64,000 nucleotides of DNA, from the NCBI RefSeq assembly GCF_006345805.1, contig NC_043022.1, positions 18,848,001 to 18,912,000 of the forward strand, read 5' to 3'. The number at the start of each line of letters is the position of its first letter. Position 1 is the stretch's first letter. The stretch comes from Octopus sinensis (taxonomy: Eukaryota). The notes under the pieces were generated by a model. It saw only the letters and a list, made by a program, of their open reading frames with translations, made no database searches and had not been told where the DNA came from. The translations under genes were made by a program, and so were the position numbers. Positions 39,308-51,480 of the stretch are shown here, one piece after another.

Positions 39308-39340
39308 CAATTGACTGGTAGTTGTTGTCATGTCTCTTTT
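39308..39340 (-). CDS. TNFR-like receptor exon 11 (33 nt)
   Basis: ttttttccag|(Q)KRHDNNYQSI|gtgagt; phase 1-1. Confidence 0.8.
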
Positions 39341-40177
39341 CTGGAAAAAATATATAAATAAAAGAATGTTGACAGTTTCAAAAAATATTCAAACGTAGGT
39401 TAGATGGAACTGCAAATGTTAACATTGCATGTTTCCTAAGGGTTTTTTTTTTGTGTTGTTGGCTATGTGAAAGTGCATGTGTGTGTGTGCGTGCATTTGT
39501 GCTTCATGTCCCCCAATAACCAATGCTACGGTAGTGAGACCTAGTATTGAAACCTCATAATGCCAATACCTGGGTTCTGTCTATAATCCAGGTCAGGTGA
39601 TACACTCTGATTATTGACCATTCAGTTTGCAGAAATATCAAGCCATACAAGTTTCTAGAAATTTCCTGTGTCTTTATAGTACAGGGTGTTCAAAAAGTCT
39701 CTCTGCAGTAAGTATTTAATGGTTTTCGGGCAATTCTTGTACACTTATCCTTTGCTTGTACCCCAGGTAAAAAGTCTGGCAGTGTTAAATCAGGAGATCT
39801 TGGTGGCCAAAGTCTTGTCTTTTATCCCAATAGGACTAAATCATCAAATGTATCCAGTGTTTTATTCAGGAATAGTGTATCTAAGACTACATCATCTAAT
39901 GTATACTATCATTTATTCTGACATAGTGCATCTAAGACTACATCATCAAATGTTTCCTGAATTTTACTGAGGCATAGTGTATCAAGGACTACATCATTTA
40001 ATGTGTCGTGTCTTTTACTCTGACACGGTGTATACACTACCTACAGTGTCCTTCATATTTTCAAGTCAGAAAAGTACTCTTTGATAGGAACCTGACTTGC
40101 TATTTCTAGCAGGTTAACTAACCATTTGTTGACTCCCTCTTTAGTTTGTCTTAATATGTGAAGAAGTTATTACTTAC

Positions 40178-40195
40178 GTTTCTTGCGGCTTTGAT
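40178..40195 (-). CDS. TNFR-like receptor exon 10 (18-nt microexon)
   Basis: ttctttcttctgcag|ATCAAAGCCGCAAGAAAC|gtaagt; (H)QSRKK basic juxtamembrane segment, phase 1-1. Confidence 0.75.
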
Positions 40196-40289
40196 CTGCA
40201 GAAGAAAGAAATGAAGAAACATGAAATTTGGCTTTTACCATTTACAGCAGTCATCTACACACCCTCCCACAACAAACCCTTGTACCTAA

Positions 40290-40495
40290 GACGCATCAGA
40301 TGTGGTGTGCAAGAGAGACGACTGCACTGGTAAGGCCACATAGCAGGAATGGATGAGGATAGCTGTGTGAAAAAGTGCCACACTCTAGCGGTTGAGGGAA
40401 CCTGTGGAACAGGTAGACCAAGGATGACCTGGGATGAGGTGGTGAAGCACGACCTTCAAACATTAGGCCTCACCAAGGCAATGACAAGTGACCAT
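40290..40495 (+). mobile_element. RTE-type LINE ORF2 fragment
   Basis: RRLHW*GHIAGMDEDSCVKKCHTLAVEGTCGTGRPRMTWDEVVKHDL (RLxWxGH and GRPRxTW motifs). Confidence 0.8.
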
Positions 40496-40534
40496 AAATA
40501 TATATATATATATATATATATATTTTATAGAAGG

Positions 40535-40585
40535 AGCTTCTACAGGACTAGAACTGTTTCATTCAGATGAAATCTTCAGGAAGCT
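40535..40585 (-). ncRNA. type I hammerhead ribozyme motif, copy 1
   Basis: AGCUUC-CUGAAGA-U-UUC-AUCU-GAA-U-GAAA-CAG-(8 nt)-CUG-UA-GAAGCU; GUA cleavage triplet, stems I and III fully paired. Confidence 0.78.
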
Positions 40586-40766
40586 GGCTGAATGAAACAG
40601 TTCTAGTCCTGTAGAAGCTCCTTCTATAAAATAAATTACTTTACTCTGCTATGTATTGAGTACCTTATTTACTGTGGTTAACCCCGACTCAACCCGGGAC
40701 CTACACACACACACACACATATATATATATATTATATATATATATATATATATATTTTATAGAAGG

Positions 40767-40817
40767 AGCTTCTACAGGACTAGAACTGTTTCATTCAGAT
40801 GAAATCTTCAGGAAGCT
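40767..40817 (-). ncRNA. type I hammerhead ribozyme motif, copy 2 (tandem, 232-bp period)
   Basis: identical to 40535-40585. Confidence 0.75.
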
Positions 40818-40950
40818 GGCTGAATGAAACAGTTCTAGTCCTGTAGAAGCTCCTTCTATAAAATAAATTACTTTACTCTGCTATGTATTGAGTACCTTAT
40901 TTACTGTGGTTAACCCCGACTCAACCCGGGACCTACACACACACACACAT

Positions 40951-41013
<63 letters not shown>

Positions 41014-41379
41014 TGCAGGAGCGGCTGAGTGGTAAGTAGCTTGCTTACCAATCACATGGTTCTGGGTTCAGTCCCACTGTGTGGAACCTTGGGCAAGTGT
41101 CTTCTACTATAGCCTTGAGCCGACCAAAGCATTGTGAGTGGATTTGGTAGATGGAAACTCCTCAGTGCAAGCATAATTCAAGATATATAATGAATAAACA
41201 AAAACAACATACCATGCGAACAGCTATCGTATCCAACGCAGCATGTAGGAATGTTTACCCTTTACACATCTATATTAATGGTGGGCTTTTTTGAATTGCA
41301 TTTCGGTAACAATGTGCTTATCTCTTATGATAAATTCCAAATAAAAATTCATTATTTTATATACTCCAGTTAAATTTAC

Positions 41380-41837
41380 AATTTAAAGATAGGATAAACT
41401 CTTCATACGAGTTTATCAAGTAGTTAGCGTGAAAAACCTCATAAGAGAAAAAAACCCATCAATTTTTTTCCCTTAAATTTATTTATTTATATTACATAGA
41501 GGGCATTATTACACATAGATGCCACATGCTAGGAGGGACTCTTAAAAAGTGAATAAAACTGCACTGATTACGAAATCACAGTGTGATATGCATCTAAATT
41601 CTGTTTTTAAATGACCTGCTTCAAGAATTGGTTTCGGTATGATGTGTTTATTTATTTTAGTAGTTTTGACTTTAAGAGTCCCTCCTAGCGTGTGTCATCT
41701 ATGTATAATAGTGCCCTCTATTTATATAAATAAATAAATTTAAGGGAAAAAAATCGATGGTTTTTTTTTCTCTTACAAGGTTTTTCATGCTAACTACTTG
41801 ATAAATTCTTATGAAGATTTTATCCAATTTTTAAATT
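41380..41837. repeat. diverged inverted repeat (~165-bp arms), probable Penelope pLTR fold-back
   Basis: 41380-41548 is complementary to ~41670-41837; adjacent to a Penelope RT fragment. Confidence 0.75.
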
Positions 41838-41873
41838 ATATATACATTTAATTTAATTTAATTATAATTTAAT

Positions 41874-42085
41874 TGGGTGGCATGAACTAAAGAGGAGGTA
41901 TTGTTGTGAGTCTGTAGGTTTGTGGTAGATGTCTGTTATGATTTGGTTCTTAGGTGTTTTTATAATTAGGAGATCAAGGAAAGGGAGATGATGTTTGCTG
42001 AATTCCATAGTGAATTGGATGTTGGGATGTATGTTGTTCAGTATGGTTTTGAATTCCAGAAGCTTTTCATAAGATTCTTTCCGGA
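41874..42085 (-). mobile_element. Penelope-like element RT fragment
   Basis: LNNIHPNIQFTMEFSKHHLPFLDLLI...TDIYHKPTDSQQYLLFSSCHP, the typical PLE RT C-terminal motifs. Confidence 0.9.
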
Positions 42086-42134
42086 AAACATGTCCAAATA
42101 TATAAATATTTATGTATATGTATATATATATGTA

Positions 42135-42191
<57 letters not shown>

Positions 42192-42383
42192 ATCAAAGTT
42201 TTGTTGTTTTTGTTGTGTTATTTTCTTTATGTTGTGTATATAAATCATGGGGTACCCTACCTAAAGGGTGTACAGTGACCAGTAAAGCTTTTTATTCATG
42301 GCTGTGTATGTGTGTAGGGTGTGGCAAGTTTTTGTTGGTTGTGATCAGTTTTGATGCAGGAAAATATTGCAGGTTATACTTAC

Positions 42384-42401
42384 GTTTTATTCTTACAATG
42401 T
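42384..42401 (-). CDS. TNFR-like receptor exon 9 (18-nt microexon)
   Basis: long pyrimidine tract, aacag|ACATTGTAAGAATAAAAC|gtaagt; (Y)IVRIK, phase 1-1. Confidence 0.75.
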
Positions 42402-42916
42402 CTGTTTTGTGTGGGAAAAATAGAAGAGAGAAAGAGAGTTGAATAAGACAATGGTAACATTAACAACAACATCAATATCAACTGTTTCAACAACAACAAC
42501 AACAAGTGTTACAAAACCCACAGCTACTACCACCACAACCACTGCCATACCAACAACTACCACAACAACAAGTTGATTACCACCACCACACTCACTATTT
42601 GCCAACACAATGACCACAATCAAGACAAACACAACAGCAACGACCACCACCATCACTACCACCTCCACAACAAACAACCAGCATCATATATTCTGATGCA
42701 ACCCAACAATTAGGATAACCATCACAACGACCGCGACCACAATATCAACCACCACCGCAACAAGCATCACAACAAACACCAGTGCCGTGACCTCATCGAC
42801 AACTACCACCCATACCACAGCACAACCGGCTACCACTGCAACAACCACTCCTAGCCTATCACTGCCTGTCATCACACAAGTACAATATGGACAACAGATA
42901 GAAATGTTATACTTAC

Positions 42917-42981
42917 AAGCAATTAGTATGATGACAATTATAATAAGTACACCAATGACTGTTGCGTAGATGTACTGGGCT
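42917..42981 (-). CDS. TNFR-like receptor exon 8 (transmembrane helix)
   Basis: cacag|AQYIYATVIGVLIIIVIILIA|gtaagt; 65 nt, phase 2-1. Confidence 0.88.
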
Positions 42982-42996
42982 CTGTGAAGGAGATAT

Positions 42997-43031
<35 letters not shown>

Positions 43032-43191
43032 TATTGGTAAAAACGGTAAGATAACAAAAGAAAGAAAGAGACCTCAATATTATGTTATTCATAGATACAC
43101 ACATATATACATATATATATACAGATGCAATTATTTACACACAAACACACATATATATGCAATTATTTGCATATATATATATATATATATT

Positions 43192-43378
43192 ATATTAAAT
43201 TAGAGATAAAACCACTATTAGGCAAATCATACGATGAAAAACTTAAGCAATACATAAGATTAATTAATTTATATTATTTAAATATATATTTAAATAATAT
43301 AAATTATTAATCTTATGTATTGGCTTAAGTTTTTCATTGTATGATTTGCCTAATAGTGGTTTTATCTCTAATTTAATT
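43192..43378. repeat. near-perfect ~185-bp palindrome in (TA)n
   Basis: attagagataaaaccactattaggcaaatcatac... mirrored around ttaaatatatatttaa. Confidence 0.85.
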
Positions 43379-43531
43379 TAATATAATATTTTACTATAAA
43401 ATTGGATTCAATCCTAAATCTGATTTTTCCCCGTAAGTTTGGATTTATTCCCTAATACTTTATAATATATATATATATATATTAATTATGTTAATTACAT
43501 ATATTAATATATCATAGATTATCATATATAT

Positions 43532-45638
43532 ATATTGTTGTATTTCGGAATGGTCATTTTGTCAGTTTAGCCAATAAAAACACACGCACTATATATTTGG
43601 TGTTACTTTGCTTCAGTGTTATTTATTTTTTACATTAATCTTAATCTTATTTCGGCCAGAGTTCTTTCGTCACACTCCTGTGACCGCATCAGCGGTCCTT
43701 TGCTTTCTTCTTTCTTATTTGTGTATTTGTGTGTCTCTCGTTACTAACTGTCAGCCATTTTGTATTTCTATTGTATGTCTTCATTTGCGCATGCGTATAT
43801 CTCTGTGTGCGTCTATGTTTATTTAGTGTTTGTGTAGGGGGAAATGCCTGTAATATTTGTATCTTCTGTTTATATACGTTCGTGTAATTCGTTTTTGTTT
43901 ATTCTTATTTTGTTCATGTGTTTAATCCACTTATTATTATCATTATTATTATTATTATCATTATTATTATCATTATTTTTATTATTACGTATGATTGTAT
44001 GTATGTATGTATAACAACAATACTAGTAATAATAATAATAATAATAATAATAATATAATAATAATAATTATGATAATAAAATTTTTTAAATTAAAAAAAT
44101 TAAAAATTTAAAAATTTAAAAAAATTTTTTCAAAAATGTATATAGTTATTTACTTCCATTTGTTTATTTATCTGTGTATTTTATTTTATTATGTTTTCAG
44201 TTTTGTTTATATTGTAACCAGTTTATGGGGATCTTCTTCTGTCATATGTTGTGGTGTGCGCTAGTGTTCCATTCCAGTTTCCTATTCAGGCTAGGTTTAT
44301 CTCCTATTATGTGTGTAGCTTCCGTAATTTGTCTGATTGTTGCGTCTGTTCTATGTGTGGACAAGATTTTAACTTCTATGTTGTTGATTGAGCCCCCGTG
44401 TTCCTGCTCGGTGTGTTGGTACAAAATTGATGAGCTCTTTCCTTCCTTAAGTTCTCTCCAATATTCATTTATTCGCTCTCCTATGCTTCGTGCCGTTTCC
44501 CCTACGTATGTCATTGTCTTGTTACTGCGTTATCCCTCTATACATCTTATACTATAGACTACATTTCTGGCTTTACAGTTTGTTTGTGGGCTAAATCTAC
44601 ACACAGTACCTGTCCGTACAGGGGGTTCTACTAAAAGGGTAGGTTCTACCGATTATGGATTTGATAGGGTTGCCTGGCTTTTCAACAACCTTAATCCTTA
44701 GCTTAAGTTTGTCTAGAGTCCTCCTAAATCGCTACGCCAGTTCACCTCTAGGGGTGGTGTCAACGAACATGACACTTTGGTATTTGTGGCTATCATACCA
44801 AAAGTTGACCTTCCCTATTTTCTTCTTTGTCCTTTCCATAGTGTTCCATGACTTGCATGCGGTGAATGAAATGTTGTATGTGTCTCTTTAACTCTGTAGG
44901 CTCGCACATGCGGGACACATTTCGCATTATTCTGATGAGGTTTGCCATCAAAATATTGAATTTGGCATTATCCGCGATAGCTGAGTTCCGGTGGATCAAG
45001 TATTTGGAGGCCATAGGTTTGGCATAGTATGAATGAAGGATTTGGGTTTTATTATTCACAGTTTCTAGCCAGAGTTCTGTGTCTAGTACTGCTAGTCTAT
45101 GGTTAGAGTGTTTAGTAGGGTAATCTATTGTGACCTTAATACTCTGGTGGATGGAGTTAGCTATTTGCTGGATGCTCTCCATAGTATTAGTTTCTATTTC
45201 TATTTCAGCAGTACTCTCTTGTGAGGGTGCCTTTACCACTATGTTGATATCATCAACATAGCGAGAGTACATGTTCACAAGTATGGAGTTCTGTGTTAGG
45301 CATTCCTTAAGCCTTCTTAATATTACAGGCATTTTCCCCTACACACACACTAAATAAACATAGACGCACACAGAGATATAAGCATGCGCAAATGAAGACA
45401 CATACAATAGAAATACAAAATGGCTGACGGTTAGTAAGGAGAGACACACAAATAAGAAAGAAGAAAGCAAAGGACCACTGATGCGGTCACAGGAGTGTGA
45501 CGAAAGAACTCTGGCCGAAATAAGATTAAGATTAATGTAAAAAATAGATAACACTGAAGCAAAGTAACACCAAATATATAGTGCGTGTGTTTTTATTGGC
45601 TAAACTGGCAAAATGACCATTCCGAAATACAACAATAT
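43532..45638 (-). mobile_element. 5'-truncated Penelope-like element with inverted pseudo-LTRs, RT and GIY-YIG remnants
   Basis: ~320-bp inverted repeats 43532-43857 / 45320-45638; minus ORFs with YSRYVDDI (RT) and YVGETARSIGERINE (GIY-YIG); hammerhead-like core in each repeat (43654-43698 -, 45472-45516 +). Confidence 0.92.
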
Positions 45639-45719
45639 CTGTTTCAACACATGACTTCACATAAAAAATCTTGCACAACAAATATATAATCATATATATA
45701 TCTATTAAAATAATATTAA

Positions 45720-46207
45720 TCTATATATATAAAACTGTAGTTGTGTGAGTGTCTGTCTCCTACGATTTAGATTCCTAACTCCTCCCACATTTTGCGGTGC
45801 AGTTTAACCAAAACCGGGTATCTTATAGTCGTGATTAATATCGAGCCCGTCTGACTATTAGCGTGCGTCTACGATGAGTCTACGATTTTAAAAATAATTT
45901 AACATTATTTTTTATTCCATTTTAATGCATAATTTTTCGTGTGTCGATGGCGGCACCTGTGTTTGCTTCTCCCCCTTCTTCCCTCCCTCGTGAAGCTGTG
46001 GGGAAGGGAGTTTAAGGAAATCAACATCGTAATGCGTTGTCAAGGAGACCAGCGTTCTTTTAGAACAACGACTTCATGGCTTGAAGACACCAAAACAGAA
46101 ATGGCTAAGAAAGCCCGAATTGGCATCTATAAAGGAAGTAACTCTCTAAAAATGCTTATATAGTTATTTCACTTACAAACCCGAGCAACGCCGGGCGATA
46201 CTGCTAG
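45720..46207 (+). mobile_element. non-autonomous Helitron
   Basis: A|TCTATATATATAAAA 5' end; subterminal hairpin cccgagcaacgccggg; CTAG|T 3' end; no TSD. Confidence 0.85.
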
Positions 46208-46629
46208 TTATATGTATTACATATTAAATTATATTAATTATTAATACTGTATATTAAAATTATATGAATCATATTTGTATTATATATCAAAATTAATAAT
46301 GAAATAAGGAAAATAAATTGTCTGTATTGCAGGATTTTTATCTGTGGATGGTGTGTATTTTTGAGTGTGTGTGTGTGTGTGTGTGTGTGTTTATGCCATT
46401 CCTGTGTTCCACGTGACTTTCCAATCCAAGGGGTCATTTGTCTGAATGTTATTCTCTACTTCGCATCATTTCAAGTTTGTCGGGGTTGCTTCTGCCTCCC
46501 ATCACTGAACATTCATTGTTTTTGCAGGGAGACCCCCCACCATCATCCTATACCTGTTTGAAGATTTGGTAGACAGAAACCGTCCGGCTGTCTGTCTGCT
46601 ATCTCTCTCTCTCTTTCTTTCATTCTCTT

Positions 46630-46678
46630 TGTGTCTCTCTCTCTATATATATCTATATTGATGTCTCTCTATCTATCC

Positions 46679-46775
<97 letters not shown>

Positions 46776-46852
46776 ATATATTTCTCTCTCTCTCTCTCTC
46801 CCTATTTATCTATATCTCTGTCCGTCTGTCTGTCCGTCTGTCCATCCGTCCG

Positions 46853-46883
<31 letters not shown>

Positions 46884-47024
46884 GTCTATCTATCTATCTA
46901 TCTGTCTATCTATATATTTTTTCTCTCTCTCTCCCTCTCTATTTATCTATATATCTGTTCGTCTGTCTGTCCGTCTGTCTATCTATATATCTATCTCTCA
47001 ATCTCTCTCTCTATCTATCTATCA

Positions 47025-47080
<56 letters not shown>

Positions 47081-47092
47081 GTCCATCCATCC

Positions 47093-47140
<48 letters not shown>

Positions 47141-47141
47141 C

Positions 47142-47205
<64 letters not shown>
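46630..47205. repeat. (TCTA)/(TCTG)/(TA) compound microsatellite
   Basis: directly visible. Confidence 0.95.
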
Positions 47206-47323
47206 CCTGCCTGTGTGTGAGTCTATCTGTCTGTCTTCCTGCCTGTCTGTCTTTGTGTGTGTGTGTCTGTATGCAAATCCATATACAAGTTTGACACTCC
47301 AGGCAAACCAACCCTCTTCATAC

Positions 47324-47609
47324 CTAAACACATCAAAATCATTCCTGTTGCTTCTCAGGGTCGATGTCCTTCTCCCCTCCATGCTCACACTCTCCGACTT
47401 CTCAGTCACGGGAGGAATGAAGGCTGTAGGTTTCGATTCTTCTGTTCTTTTCGTTAAAAGCCTTTTCGTTGCTGTTCTTCTTACTGTTGTTGCCACTGGA
47501 ACAGAGGGAGTTGTTGTTGTTGTTGTTGTTGTAGCGGAGGAGGAGACCCTGACTGTCGTTGGTGTTTGTGGCCTCACGTCTGGCGGCAACGGTGGCTTTC
47601 TTTCTTTTG
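47324..47609 (-). CDS. TNFR-like receptor exon 7 (Pro/Ser/Thr-rich mucin-like stalk)
   Basis: ggcag|PKERKPPLPPDVRPQTPTT...NRNDFDVFR|gtatg; 286 nt, phase 1-2. Confidence 0.88.
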
Positions 47610-47695
47610 CTGCCGATTAAAAAGAACAACAAAAAAATAGAAGCAAAAAACACATAGAAATATACAAAGAAAGAAAATTCAGTAGTATTAGTATT

Positions 47696-47737
<42 letters not shown>

Positions 47738-47740
<3 letters not shown>

Positions 47741-48077
47741 TAGTTTTACTTTTATAGCATGCTTTCACTTCACTACCGAGCACAGCTCTGTGTGCCTTGG
47801 GTATGTGCTGTGATTTGTTGTGATTCTCTGATGGTTATTGTATGGAAAGTGTTCTGCGTAGGATGTGTGCAGTGCCTAGTAGTGCAATTTTCTGTGTATG
47901 TTATATGTGTTTGTAAGTCCTGGTGTTTTTGTTATGTATTTGTCTGAATATTTTTTTATCATGCCTAATGCACCTACTATGATAGGGATTGTTTCTGTTT
48001 TCAGATTCCACATTCTGGTTATCTCTATTTCCAGGTCTTTGTATTTTGAGAGTTTCTCCATTTCTTTTAGAGACACG

Positions 48078-48078
<1 letters not shown>
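47738..48078 (-). mobile_element. 3' fragment of a restriction-like-endonuclease non-LTR retrotransposon (R4/Dong-like)
   Basis: EKLSKYKDLEIEITRMWNLKTETIPIIVGALG (KxxKY and GALG motifs of the RLE domain); flanked on both sides by (TTA)n. Confidence 0.8.
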
Positions 48079-48108
<30 letters not shown>

Positions 48109-48122
48109 ATTATTATTATTAT

Positions 48123-48165
<43 letters not shown>

Positions 48166-48779
48166 TGTAGTAGTTGTAGTAGTAGTAGTAGTAGCAGCAC
48201 TAGTAGTAGTAATAGTAGTTGCTGTTATTGTTGATGTTTAGCCCCAGGTTAGATCTGATCCAACACACCTACCTATGATCCAACACACTACAGTCACAAC
48301 CAGCAGCACCCCACCCAGCCACCCTCATTGCAAACAGGATATATAGGACTTGTCCAATCCAATGTGACCTTCCCATCTGTTAAAGATAGTAAGAATGGGG
48401 TGTAATTTCAGGGAGATCTAGCTGTTATGTCAAGCAGACAGAGCAACCATATAGAGACCCTTCCCTTGCTTTATATATAAATGGGTCCCTGACAGTCACC
48501 ACCATTTCAGGTCATAACAGGTCTGAAAGTAATGATACCCTGACCCCAAAAGCTCTGGAACTTTTGCTTTCCAGCCACATGGTACCAGATTCAGTCCCAC
48601 TGCAGGGTACTTTGGGCAAGTATCTTCTACTAAAGCCTCAAGCCAACCAAAACCTTGCGAGTGGATTTGATAGACGGAAACTGAAAGAAGCCCGTTGTAT
48701 ATACACACATACACACACACACACACATACACACACATACATACACATACACACACACATATACATACATACACACACA

Positions 48780-48816
<37 letters not shown>

Positions 48817-49329
48817 TAGCATTATGACCCATCTTTGCTGGGTCATAGTGCTAGTGCATGTATATATGTGTATATATATATATGTGTACATATTACATGT
48901 ACATCTATATATATAAATCTACACATAAAATACAAAATACAAAGTTATATCTTGATATCGCTAGTGATAACAATACTCAAATTATATAACAGACTGGAAT
49001 TGTTAGCTCTTCTTTCTTCTCTACATTGTATACTTTATAGACAATAGTCTTTTCTTTAATTTAATTTTTTATTATCCATCTGGACTATTCCATTTCTGCA
49101 CGCTAATTTTGTTTTTAATTTATTCCCATTCATGTGAAACCACTTATTCAAGTTCAAACCATTGATGCAATTTTATACCAATTGCTATTTTTACTTTTGT
49201 ATGTTACGATTATATTATACTTTAGTTTGATTTTAATTATTACTTACTACATATAATTCAATTGTTATTATTATTTTTATTGTTAAAGTGAAAGTATCTG
49301 ACATAAAATAGAGAAATATTTTTGTTTCA

Positions 49330-49614
49330 CTTTTAACACGTAATACTGAAATAGTGGAGAAGATATGATATTGCTATGGGTTCGCTCTAGGCAAGAAGTT
49401 GAACATTTTTTTTTTTGCCGATGACACTCCCTGGACCCTAAGTCAGGCATGTGTAAAATTTGAATGAAATTGGTTATGTAGTTCTCAAGTTTTAGGGAAT
49501 CGTAGTGGAGAAGATATGATATTGCTGTGGGCTCACCCTAGGCAAAAAGTTAAAAATTTTTAGGGAAACACACAGACAGACAGACACACATTCTCAGTTT
49601 TATATATATAAAGA
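49330..49614 (-). mobile_element. Helitron-like 5' fragment
   Basis: minus strand begins tctttatatatataaaactgagaatgtgtgtctgtctg, similar to the 5' end of the element at 45720. Confidence 0.55.
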
Positions 49615-49717
49615 TATATGAAACAAGTAAATAGTAAATGGTGAGTGGAGGTGGAGGTGGTGGTGGTGGTGGGATCATTGTGAATGAATATTTCTGTAGC
49701 AGTTGAAGAATACTTAC

Positions 49718-49800
49718 GAGAACATTTATCTTCAAGGCCCAGACATATGGTAGGGGTTGCAAGATTTCCGGCTGTTTTATTCAAACCTATCATGGAACAA
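49718..49800 (-). CDS. TNFR-like receptor exon 6 (last cysteine-rich segment)
   Basis: ttcag|DCSMIGLNKTAGNLATPTICLGLEDKCS|gtaag; 83 nt, phase 2-1, restores frame after an 84-nt intron. Confidence 0.88.
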
Positions 49801-49884
49801 CTGAAAAAGGAAGAAGGACAAATCAGAAATCGGGAACATGCATTTATACCAATGTTAAAGAGAGAGGAAACAGATCTGGCTTAC

Positions 49885-49957
49885 TCGACGTCTCTGATGC
49901 AGTAACCTTTTCCGACCCAGTATTTGTAGTGGTTGTTCTCACAATCCTCGCATTTAC
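49885..49957 (-). CDS. TNFR-like receptor exon 5 (cysteine-rich)
   Basis: tgcag|GKCEDCENNHYKYWVGKGYCIRDV|gtaag; 73 nt, phase 1-2. Confidence 0.9.
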
Positions 49958-50004
49958 CTGCAGACAGGGAGACAGAAGAAAGAAAATTCATCACATATCT
50001 AGAC

Positions 50005-50314
50005 ACCATCATCGTCATCATCGTCATCTTTGTCATCATCGTAGCTATGATGTCATCACCATGACCACCATCATCTTCATCATCGTCATCATCATCATTA
50101 TCATCATAACCATCATCATCGTCATCATCATCATCATCATCATCATCATAACAATCATCATCATCATCACCATCATCATATCATCGTCATCATCATAACC
50201 ATCATTATCATCATTATCATCGTTATCATTATCATCATCATTATCATCATCATCCTCATCATAACCATCATCATCGTCATCATCATCATTATCATCATTA
50301 TCATCATCATCATT

Positions 50315-50352
<38 letters not shown>

Positions 50353-50851
50353 CATCATAACCATCATCATCGTCATCATCATCATTATCATCATTATCAT
50401 CATCATCATTATCATCATCATCATCATCATCATCATTATCATCATCATAACCATCATTATCATCATCATCACCATCATCGTCAACATCATCATCATCATC
50501 ATCATCATCGTCATCGTCATCGTCATCATCATCATTATCATCATCATCATCATCATCATTGTCGTCATCATCATCATCATCATCATCGTCATCATCATCG
50601 TCGTCGTCATCATCATCATCGTCATCACTATCATCATCATCATCATTATCATCGTCATCATCATCATCGTCATCATCACCATCATCATCATCATCGTTGT
50701 CGTCATCATCATCGTCATCGTCATCGTCGTCATCATCATCATCATCATCATTATCATCATCATCATCATTATCATCGTCATCATCATCATCGTCGTCATC
50801 ACCATCATCATCGTCGTCGTCTTCATCATCATCATCATCATCACCACCACC

Positions 50852-50885
<34 letters not shown>

Positions 50886-50990
50886 TCATCATCCTCATTA
50901 TCATCATCATCATCATCATCATCATCGTCCATGATGATTTAGATGATGATGATGATGATAATGGCAATGATGATGACAGTGATGACAATA
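50005..50990. repeat. (ATC/GTC)n microsatellite, ~1 kb
   Basis: directly visible. Confidence 0.95.
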
Positions 50991-51322
50991 ATGTGGCAAG
51001 CTGGCAGAAACGTTAGCATGCCAGGCGGTATTTCGCCTGTCTTTACGTTCTGAGTTCAAATTCCACCGAGGTCGACTTTGCCTATCATCCTTTCGGGGGT
51101 CGATGAATGAAGTACCAGTTGTGTACTGGGGTCAATCTTATCGACTGGCCCCCTTCCCCCAAATTCCTGACCTTGGCCATAGAGTAGAAAAGAATAATGA
51201 TAATGATGATGGCAAAAATGATGGTGATGGCAAGAAAATTCACCTGCTGTTAATTATTTCAGTACTTCATTAATCTATAAATGATTAATTAAATTATTAA
51301 ATGAATGAATCATGTGACCTAC

Positions 51323-51448
51323 CTTCATGAGTTAATTCCTTTCCTTTCGCGCACTCGAGAGGGCTTATCTGACAGAAGTGAGAGTTTTCCCCCACGTAAC
51401 CATCATGAAGAGCACACTCGCATTTGATGCCAGAGACTCTGAAGGCAT
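51323..51448 (-). CDS. TNFR-like receptor exon 4 (cysteine-rich)
   Basis: tttag|DAFRVSGIKCECALHDGYVGENSHFCQISPLECAKGKELTHE|gtagg; 126 nt, phase 1-1. Confidence 0.9.
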
Positions 51449-51480
51449 CTAAAGAGAGAGGAAGAGAGAGATAGGGAGAA

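Noticed and set aside
41213-41269. Possible extra receptor exon with a gtatg donor
   Set aside because: In-frame stop in phase 1 and a weak acceptor; exons 9 and 10 join cleanly without it.
42440-42860. Thr-rich mucin-like ORFs on + and Val-rich ORFs on -
   Set aside because: Low-complexity (ACA/ACC)n intron sequence; the Thr-rich frame is antisense to the gene and lacks splice sites.
48495-48525. Possible exon bridging exons 5 and 7
   Set aside because: Stop codon in the required frame; 49718-49800 provides the correct phase 2-1 bridge.
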